From Azolla caroliniana (Eukaryota > Plantae > Polypodiophyta), in NCBI GenBank assembly GCA_043228905.1, contig JBHGNT010000012.1, positions 4,650,001 through 4,714,000 of the forward strand: 64,000 nucleotides of DNA, given 5' to 3'. Below, piece after piece: positions 55,421 to 64,000 of this stretch. Position numbers and translations under genes: made by a program. The notes under the pieces are model-generated. The model saw only the letters and a program-made list of their open reading frames with translations, had not been told where the DNA came from and ran no database searches. Numbering within the stretch: position 1 is the first letter of the stretch; each line of letters opens with the position of its first letter.

Positions 55421-57247
55421 GTCATCATATGTTGAGCCTGTGAATTTTCAGGAAACAATTAATACTTTACTACAAGATTTCGGCTCTGAAATCCTAAAAA
55501 TGTGTGACAATTTCGCTCTAAACCACAACATTGATGATATAGTTAAGAGAACAGTCACGGAACTTAGAGATAAAACAAGAGAACAAAATAGATATGAAAA
55601 CCCTAATATTAGAGATATAGACATTACAATGTATGAAGGGGAAAAAGAAAATGATAACGAAATGTTTTATGACAATCCCTCGTACATTGCTCCCGTAGAA
55701 GCCGAGATAGATAACACTAAAAATTCTGTCCCCCATACTATTAACCTAAATAAAAATTCTAATCCCACACCCAACCCCAAAAAGAATCTAAACTTTACCC
55801 TAAACCCTAACCCAGAACCCTAGTCTAACCCACACGCTAACTTTAATTCCAAAAATACTACTAACCCTTTTCCTAACTCTCACCCTAACCCAAACCACCG
55901 CTCCAATAATAACTCCAAACAAGCACAATGTCCTCGTCACCGAGCATCTAATCTCCTTATCACCTGCAACACCACAACTAATGAGGTTAAACAAGAATTT
56001 AAACCTTATCCCAACTTTGGCCGGCCTCAAGTTCTTTTCCATAACCTACACTTTGCTAATAATGAACCACGCCATTACCATTCACCACAAGCATATGCAA
56101 CGATAGGCCTTGGTCATCTCCCCGCTCATACAAGTCCTCCGGCTCCTAACATCGTCCCCGAGCTCCATCCACCATACTATCATTTCTGCACGTGCCAAAC
56201 ATTTCAAGGCAACAATTTCGACACTTTGTTACGGATCATAGCCATCAACAAAACTTCCTGCTGCTGCCGCCACCGCCCCTTCTTCGTCGTACACATGGTA
56301 CGCCCTACAATAATTGGACATCACAAAAATGTTAGCCACCCCACACTATTCAACAACAGACCGTGGTTGATCGCGGCCTCTTTCATCAATCGTGCCCCCC
56401 CCCCCCCCCCCCCCCCCAATTGTAAACGAGTATGGGATTGTGTTGGACAACCATCCCGTGCACCCTTCCCCCTCCCTACATGTCGCGCTGTTTGGGACTG
56501 CGCAAGGCAGCCCCCAGACATTTGCGTCGCCCCTCCTTCCAACCCCTCATCCATGCCCACAACAACCTCAGTTTCACGTTTTTAGAACCCTAATTACTCC
56601 CCTTTCTCTGTTCCCTCCTCACATCCCCCTTTCTCTTCATATGGAGGCAACCTCTATGAACAAACACCTCCTCCCCTCCCCTCCCCTCCCCTCTCCCTCT
56701 CACTTATTTCCATATCTCATCCATGCCCCTACATTACTTCTTGAAACTCTAACTCATGCCCCCCCCTATTTTGCCCCTAATTCACATACTCCCCCTCCCC
56801 CTCCTTTTTCTAAGTTTCATTTGCCCCCCCCACCTTTTCTTACCCCATTTGTTGAAACCTCCCCCTCTAACTCATACTCTACCCCTCACTCGTATCTTAA
56901 TAAAACCCCTTCTTATTATCCCCTCTCTAATATAAAAACCCCCTTCACCAACCACACCACCCCTCCCTCCTATCCTAATCATAAACATTATAGAAATACA
57001 CAACACCCCACTAATCCTCCCCCTACCACACACCATAGGAACCCACCTTCTAGCCGACCAAAAAACGACTAGCACGACGTGCTAAGTGTGTTAACAAACA
57101 CTTTAGATACGTCGTGCATCCTTGTAGACGCCTATTTGATCTTCTTAGTAGGACCACCTCCACCTTAGACACTTTTATGTGGCTAGGTAATACAAATACA
57201 TCTTTCCCCTTCCGCCCATGCCAGAAAAAATCCAATAGTAATAGACT

Positions 57248-58959
57248 ATGATTTTTATTTTTTGGAAACCGCTTAATGATACCCTTCGAATAGATAGTAA
57301 AATTCACAATTTATCTAAACACCCCCTCACAATAAATGAAACACAATTGCTAAGCTTAAGACTCAAATACATTCCACCATCCTCTCTACCTTCCACAAAT
57401 ACTATCCTTAAAGAATTTGCTAGTTTAAGTAGATCTTTACGTTTAACACATTTCTTTAGAGACATGGACTCACCCCCCCTTAATCCATTTAAACTACCAA
57501 ATCCTAACTGGAATCCGCCATCTCAATATCCCCCTCTTGAAAATATTATTAAAAAACATGAAACCCTCCTTTTGTCTAAACTCCAACAACCTAAACCCAA
57601 ACCCGTTAGGACACCACTTCACCTTTGCACAACCCTTAAGAGCCTTAGGAATAACAAGCAAATTATCCTTCTTTCGTCTGATAAGAACATGGGAGTATGT
57701 GTTCTAGACAAAGATACCTATTATGAAAAAGCCATAAACCACCTCTCGGATACCACCACCTATAGAAAAGTAACCCATTTTCCGTTAGAAGAACTCTTGT
57801 ATCGCCTTAATAGTATAGTGCAAAAAAATCTAGTAACACTTTCCTTTATTGAAGCTAATTACATACTCCATAAAACCCTAAAGGGATATCAAGTATCTAA
57901 TATTTACTTTCTCCGTAAACTCCATAAAACACCCATTGGCTTTAGACCCATTTGTTCTTATAATAACTCGATATTCGAGCAAACCTCAAAATGGCTACAT
58001 TTTCAACTTTTACCTATCCTAATACTCCAAAAACAATACCTAAAAGATTCACACTCCCTCATCCAGAGTTAGGACTCGAGGCACTTCGCCATATCATCTC
58101 CCCCCATTTTTCCTTAGCCAAGACTAATCTTATCTATACCCTTAGCGCTCTAACCCTAGAGTATCACTACCTAACCTTCGATAATCAAGTATACCAACAA
58201 ATCAAAGGAACAACCATGGGTAGCAACTTCTCAGTTGTCTATGCATGCCTTTTCTTATCACACTTAGAAAACTCACAAACCACACCCCATCTCTTCTATT
58301 TTACTAGGTACACAGATGATGCCTTCGGGGTTTGGACAGGTATGAAACCCCAAACTCTTAGACTACCTCAATTTCTATAGTCTTATGACCAATAACTCTA
58401 TTAAACTTATGATCCATACTTCCTCCACTAGTCTCCCTTTCTTGGATATTTGGATCAATCTAGAGAACTCTAAGTTCTCTTTCAATTGTTTCCAAAAACC
58501 ATTAAATTCCTATCAATATCTTCCCTTCTCTTCAGACCATCCCATACATGTTAAACAAAATTTTATTTCTAACGAATTAAAATGCTACCTAGTTAGAGAA
58601 CGCACACCTATAGGGTACCTAGAAATGAAAAAACGTTTCTTCCTGAGACTCATTAGCCGAGGTTACCCACCCCATTTCAGCTTAAAGCCCTTAAAAAACA
58701 TCCTTTCTCCCTTAGGAATACTCTCATCCATAAGCATAAAAACAAATATTCCCTTACACCTACCATATTCAAGCTTAGGTACTCTAAAAACACCCTTAAA
58801 TTAGGCATCCACTTGTTTTTACAAGACTTACACACCGGCCTTAGCCTAGATCCCCAACTAAGAGACATCCCTAAGCCTTTTATATGTTGGACCAAGTCAA
58901 AATCACTCTATTCTTATCTAGTCAAAACAAAATATATTAGATCCCCAAATCCCCATTAA
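57248..58959 (+). pseudogene. Penelope-like reverse transcriptase, frameshifted, motif A region deleted
   Basis: IHNLS..LT..E..LLSL.LKYIP, DKNMGVCVLDK..Y, KLHK..FRPICS, YQQIKGTTMGS, RYTDD, LPFLDI, KP...QYLPFSSDHP, RGYP; ends ..YLVKTKYIRSPNPH* with no GIY-YIG motif. Confidence 0.9.
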
Positions 58960-59194
58960 AACATCACACATATTATTGCTCTCTATCTATTAGAACTAAA
59001 TATACTAGATCCCCAAATCATCCCTTCCCATCAAACTCATTAGGCTATCCCTTTTTACATTCACTACCTCCCTACCTCCCACATCCTCCTTTATACACAT
59101 TCAAAACCCCTCTCTCCCTTTCATCCATCCCCACCACTCCCCTTCTCTCTTCTTTCCTCTTCCCTTATATAAGCCTCTCACATTTTTTGTATAT

Positions 59195-59247
59195 GGTCTT
59201 TCGCACTGATGAGCTCATATAGAACGAAACATGTTTGCCAAAAGACC
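59195..59247 (+). ncRNA. Minimal type I hammerhead ribozyme
   Basis: Stem I GGTCTTT-c-GCA pairs with TGC-ca-AAAGACC. Core CTGATGA at 59206-59212. Stem II GCTC-ATATA-GAAC (one mismatch). GAAA at 59226-59229. Palindromic mini stem III AACATGTT. Cleavage triplet GTT at 59233-59235. Confidence 0.88.
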
Positions 59248-59420
59248 TTTTCTTACATAAATTGAAATTTGAATTCTCTCTCTCTCTCTCTCTCTCTTTT
59301 CTCCTCCCCTACTATTCTCTTTTATACTATTCTTTAGGTACCATACTATTTAACCTAACTATTCAACTGCCAAAGGCTATACACTCACACTCCTTGCTTA
59401 GGCCATAAGGCCAACAACTA

Positions 59421-60039
59421 CTAAAGATTCGACATATCACATGGAGGTTCATTCCCCGGAGATAGGAACCCACAATGGATTTGCATCGACAATGTTCGGG
59501 CAACCATCTTATTAGAGATATGCCCTAATGTAAGCATATGATAAGGATAAACGATAGATCTAGATAGAAAGGAGAGAGAGAAAGAAGGGTGCCGATCCAC
59601 CCGACCACCCCTGAGCGAAGGGATCAAGACGGACTTGAGCCTCGATGGGCGTCCCATACCACCGCTATGGTGTTGAGTCGTACCTGGTGCTGGCGCGCTC
59701 GCTACAAGAGTTGACCCACCACAAGAACAGAGTCTCGATGTCGTCAAAAGATGATGAAATGAGGGTAACTAGGCCTCTTATTTATAGCGATACCCAAGGC
59801 CCCTAGGCAAGTTCACACTTGGCCTAATGGATTGTCTCAATCACGAGGATTAAAAGTAATCCTCCCCTTCTGTACACTCTCGTTTAACCCTCACACTTAT
59901 CCACGTGTATAGAATACTACGGTAAATTCTCACCACGGGATATTATATGGTCATGCCTGTAACACGTCTAGTGAAGAGTTCCCTAAGCCCACGGTAATGA
60001 CGTCTGCAGCGATGGCATCGGCTACACCGACCCCTATCA
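59421..60039 (-). repeat. LTR-like insertion interrupting the PLE ORF1 restart
   Basis: Composition shift; the minus strand starts TGATAGGGG at 60039 and has GCTATAAATAAG at about 59777-59788. Flanking PLE sequence reads in frame when it is removed. Left end and TSD not found. Confidence 0.5.
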
Positions 60040-60506
60040 AGCGTAATAGGGTGAATAAAAGACCACAAAGGCGCGCTTGAGATTATATTCTCTCTCCCTC
60101 ACTCATCAACTCCACTCCTGATACTAAGGTTTCCAATACTAAGGTATCATCTTCTAATACATCATTTTGCTCGAAATACATAGAAGAATATAAAACTAAA
60201 GTATTCGCCGAATTTAAACAACTCTTCAAAAGAAAAAAACAAGCCAAAAATACCCATAGTACGATGTTGAACTTATACAGTTATGAATTAACAGCTAATA
60301 GTCTTAGAATTCATCCCCCCAAACTAAAGATAGATCATGAAGAAATTAACAATAGCATGCATAAGGACTTTCTAACCCTCACTGATCAATATAATAAAGA
60401 TCTAACATGTAGACTTACTAGTGCACTCCTATACTAAAACCCTAGATAATTTCCCTAATACTGGAGGATTGGAGGGGTAAGGGATTCCCCTCACAAGCTA
60501 TTACAA

Positions 60507-60578
60507 GGGGCATTTCGGGAATCAAACTTGAGACCTCTCGCACCCGAAGCGAGAATCATACCACTAGACTAAATGCCC
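60507..60578 (-). pseudogene. tRNA-Pro(CGG) copy with mutated T arm
   Basis: Full 72 nt with anticodon CGG, but the T loop reads TTTGATT and the T stem is mismatched. Confidence 0.8.
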
Positions 60579-61493
60579 TTACAAGGAAGGGATTTATCCA
60601 TCGTCTTGCGGTAGAAAGGTAATTCAGCTTGATCCGCCATGATAAAAACCTCAACTTTATTTTCTTCTTCTCCTACTCACTGATTATCAACCAACAGATT
60701 AAGAATTGAATCATTCATTGATTGAAAATAAGAAGGGTAAGGGCTTCTTTACTACAAAAAGTTTTGGTGGATTGGAGGGGTAAGGGATACCCCTCACAAA
60801 CTATTACAAGGGGCATTTCTGGAATCTAACTCGAGACCTCTCGTGCCCAAATCGAGAATCATACCACCTTACAAGGACGAGATTTTGGAGGATTGGACGG
60901 GTAAGGGATACCCCTCGCAAACTATTAGAAGCGGCATTTCTAGAATCGAACTCTAGACCGCTCGCACCCGAAGCAAGAATCATACCACTACATTAAATGT
61001 CCTTACAAGGAAGAGGTTTTGGAGGATAGTACAGGTAAGGGATACCCCTCACATTTTGGAGGATTGGAGGGGTAAGGGATACCCCTCACAAACTAATTGA
61101 ACTCGAGACCGAAGCGAGAATCGTATCACTACACCAAATACCCTTACAGGGGATACCTCACAAGGCAATTTTTTTGGAGGATTGAACAAGGCGCATTTCG
61201 AGAATCAAACTCAAGACCACTCGCACCCGAAGCGAGAATCATACCACTAGACCAAATGCCCTGAGAAGGGAAGATATTTTGGAGGATTGAATGAGAGGCA
61301 TTTCCAGAATCGAACTCGAGACCTTTCGCACCTGAAGCGAGAATCATACCACTAGACCAAAGGGAAGATGTTTTGGAGGATTGAACAAGGGGCATTTCGA
61401 GAATTGAATTCGAGACCACTCGCACTCGAAGCGAGAATCATACCACTAGACCAAATGCCCTGAAAAGGGGAAATATTTTGGAGGATTGAATAA

Positions 61494-61565
61494 GGGGCAT
61501 TTCGAGAATCGAACTCGAGACCTCTCGCACCCGAAGCGAGAATCATACCACTAGACCAAATGCCC
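61494..61565 (-). tRNA. tRNA-Pro(CGG), intact copy
   Basis: GGGCATTTGGTCTAGTGGTATGATTCTCGCTTCGGGTGCGAGAGGTCTCGAGTTCGATTCTCGAAATGCCCC. Acceptor, anticodon (CTCGC/GCGAG) and T (TCGAG/CTCGA) stems all pair; A and B boxes intact; T4 run about 28 nt downstream. Confidence 0.93.
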
Positions 61566-61990
61566 TTACAAGGAAAGATTTTTTGGAGGATTGAATAAGC
61601 GACATTTCGAGAATCCAACTCAAGACCTTTGACACCTGAAGCGAGAATCATACCACTAGACAAAAAGCCACAAGGAAGAAATTTTGGATTATTGAACAAG
61701 GGGCATTTCAAGAGACCTCTAGCATGCTCAAGCGAGAACCATACCACTAGACAAAAAGCCACAAGGAACAAATTTTGGATTATTGAACAAGGGGTATTTC
61801 AAGAATAGAACTCGAGACCTCTCACACTCGAAGCGAGAATCATACCACTAGACCAAATGCCCTTACAAGGGAAGATTTTTTGGAGGATTGAACAAGGGGC
61901 GTTTCGGGAATCGAACTTGAGACCTCTCGCGCTTGAAGCGAGAATCATACCATTAAACTAAATGTCCTTACAAGGAAGATATTTTGGAGG

Positions 61991-63107
61991 TGTTAAAAAT
62001 TAGGTAAGTAATTATGCAAGGGTTAATTAGTACCTAATTATGTGATGATTTGATAAGCGGAAGATTAAGTGATATGTGTGTGTATGGGTGTGAGAGGAAG
62101 AGAGAGAGAGAGATACACTTATGAACAACACAAGATGGGGGATGAGTAACTATATTAAATTAGCATTATCATCATCAAATACAAAAATACCCACAATGAG
62201 GTATATATACATCTCATGTGCAAAGGTCCACATGTGTGAGTAGAATATAGGTACTAAGGTGTAAGTCCTATATTAAATGTACTTAGGAGTGGAGGATATA
62301 GAATATCCCACTTAAGTACAAAGTCCTATGTAAGGCGTTATAGTCAACACTCCTAACTAGATTCTATCTAGGTAACTATGAAGTTACAAGGGGCCCGTAA
62401 CATACTCCCCCTCTTTAAAACATTGCACTCTTGCAATGGAAAGTTAGGGAAGTTAGTTCTGAAAGAATATTCGCGTTCCCATGTGGCATCTTTTATTGAT
62501 TTATCTATCCATTTTATTTTAAATTCTCGGATTTCTTTAGTACGTAATTTTTTTGTTTTAACATCGAGAATTCTTTTTGGTACATGTGGTTTAGAAGATA
62601 ATTCTTTTTGGTACATGAGTTTCAATTGTAACTATATTGTCGCTAGAACCTAGAAGTTCTTTTAGACGATTCACATGAAAAACTGGATGAATTTAAACAC
62701 CATTGGGAAGAGCGAGACGATAGGCTGATGACCTAATGCATTTGAGGACTGTAAAAGGTCCACAAAACCGTGGGGCTAACTTAGCCCACTTACCCTTAGA
62801 CAATGTCTTAGAATTGTGAGGTACATGTAAAAATACCTTCTGTCTAGGGTTGAATACACGAGGTTGCCTATGATGATCGACATAAAGACACACTCTATCT
62901 TGAGCTGTTTTTATATTATCTCATGCAATATGCAACATATCTTGCATATCCCGAAGAAAGTTTTGCGTACTTCCCAACTCATCATCATGTATATTAACAT
63001 CAATCGGGGCTCGTGGCTGAAAATCATACATCAACATAAAAGGACTATATCCTGTCGACTTATGCTTGGAGCTGTTATAAGCAAACTCCAAAATTGGGAG
63101 ATAACGT
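61991..63107 (-). mobile_element. 3' end of Ty3/gypsy chromovirus K (integrase C-terminus, chromodomain, PPT, 3' LTR 61991-62402)
   Basis: LEFAYNSSKHKSTGYSPF, KLAPRFCGPF, chromodomain-like PKRILD..EFKIKWIDKSIKDATWE; PPT AGAGGGGGAGTA then TGTTAC...TTAACA. Confidence 0.9.
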
Positions 63108-64000
63108 TGTCGTGAGGAAAACCGTCCCCAGGCGCAAACCGTGTGTAGCGTGTGTGAACCGGCCCTTACACGTGGGCACACCCCTTGTTGTATAGTAGAT
63201 AGGTAGGTACAAAAGTCAAATCCTAGGTGGCAATATTCTATAGGGAGAATCAAGGAGTATCTCTAATGTATACGGGTGAAAACGGTCTCCCTCCTTGAGA
63301 TATAAAATAGAGGGAGACGGGGGGGAGAGAGGGGGTATCGCGGGGAAGAGGGGACGAAGTGCTGTCGGACTGGGACCGAGCCCTTCTTTGTCATTCTCCA
63401 TAGCTTTCCTTTGCGTAGGTTCTCGAGAGGCTGATTCTGCTCCGTGGAACGCCCGTGTGCTTCCGGCAGAATCTCCATCTTTCTCCCCTACGCGCATGGG
63501 TGATAAGGTGTCGGTATCCGTCTAGCCGACCTGATCGGTTGTAGCCGTCCGCGTCGTCTGCATACATATATTTATATACATACACTGGTGTTCTTATACT
63601 CTATTCCCCGTTCAACTTGTGTCTCCTGTGTTGTTGGGGCGTGTTCCCGTGCGCTTCTCTGTCTATACGTGTGTGAGCGTGTCTCTCTCTCTCTCTCCCT
63701 TTTCTCACCTATTCCTCGGTCCAAGACCCCAGTGGTCCCGCCTTGTTCCCCACGCACGCGCGTAATAACGTGACATCATTTGGTGAACCCAACGTGAAAA
63801 GGCGGCAGAGGAGTAGAAGATGAGGGGGTCGGATCTCGTAGAAGCCATGGCTTCGGCTGTGGACCGTATAGTGAGCGCGCGCGAAGGCACCGGCGCCCTT
63901 GATAGGGTTATCGAGGCTGTTGTCGGTACGATCGGCCGGTTTAGTGGGAAGGATGCCACGAGCTACTTGGCGTCCTACCGGGCTGAGATGGTAATGAGGG
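63108..64000 (+). mobile_element. 5' end of a Ty3/gypsy element L with a tRNA-Trp PBS, inserted in K
   Basis: LTR 63108-63775 (TGTCGTG..GTGACA), PBS TGGTGAACCCAACGTGAA at 63781-63798, gag ORF from ATG 63820 (..GRFSGKDATSYLASY..) running off the window. Confidence 0.85.

Larger units (their letters stand above)
55421..60461 (+). mobile_element. Penelope-like retroelement (PLE), apparently endonuclease-less: ORF1-like region, RT, hammerhead-containing 3' region, then an ORF1-like restart
   Basis: A/C-rich coding strand throughout; Asn/Pro-rich ORF1-like frames at 55421-57250; RT with PLE motifs; hammerhead at 59195; open frame at 60081-60437. Boundaries approximate. Confidence 0.8.
60462..61990 (-). 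repeat. Tandem array of 12 tRNA-Pro(CGG)-derived units
   Basis: Units at about 60507-60578, 60810-60868, 60931-61002, 61097-61143, 61190-61261, 61295-61361, 61389-61460, 61494-61565, 61599-61670, 61700-61761, 61791-61862 and 61896-61967, separated by spacers sharing a ttttggaggattg core. Confidence 0.95.

Noticed and set aside
55795-55895. Telomere-like CCCTAAA/CCCTAA motifs in the PLE
   Set aside because: Only 2-3 imperfect units, inside an Asn-Pro-rich reading frame (AAC CCT codons) and not at an element junction.
56392-57072. Extensin-like Pro-rich host gene
   Set aside because: No signal peptide or SPPPP/YXY periodicity; continuous in strand and composition with the Penelope ORF1 region.
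57248-58959. Telomerase, group II intron or retron RT
   Set aside because: The motif set (NLS..LT, KLHK..RPI, QxxGxxMGS, LPFLD, YL..SxHP, GYP) and the adjacent hammerhead fit Penelope-like elements.
61144-61771. Repetitive minus-strand ORFs ([10 protein letters not shown]..)
   Set aside because: Translation of the tRNA repeats.
60462-61990. CRISPR-like repeat-spacer array
   Set aside because: The repeats are 72-nt tRNA-Pro copies and the spacers are homologous to each other; eukaryotic context and no cas genes.

Overview
Eukaryotic, repeat-dominated plant genomic DNA; the transposon lineages (Tcn1-like chromovirus, tRNA-Trp-primed Ty3/gypsy, endonuclease-less Penelope-like element) suggest a non-seed plant such as a fern or lycophyte, which is an inference. 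Most of the window is nested LTR retrotransposons: at least seven Ty1/copia copies or fragments, five or six Ty3/gypsy copies or fragments, solo LTRs, a LINE fragment and two MITE-like elements. One intact copia (12521-18005) has LTRs differing at 1 of 685 bp. The only host protein-coding gene I can support is a 3-exon CASP-like gene (minus strand, 36667-38977). The most unusual part is 55.0-62.4 kb. It holds a Penelope-like retroelement with no GIY-YIG endonuclease, a minimal type I hammerhead ribozyme (59195-59247) and a downstream ORF1-like restart. This abuts a tandem array of 12 tRNA-Pro(CGG)-derived units (one fully intact), and the block is bracketed by two inverted copies of one chromovirus LTR. 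Also notable are a Tcn1-like gypsy with a self-priming PBS, heat-shock elements and a duplicated flank at one LTR, and a tandem triplication of a gypsy gag-protease segment. All calls come from reading the sequence by eye; no searches were run.
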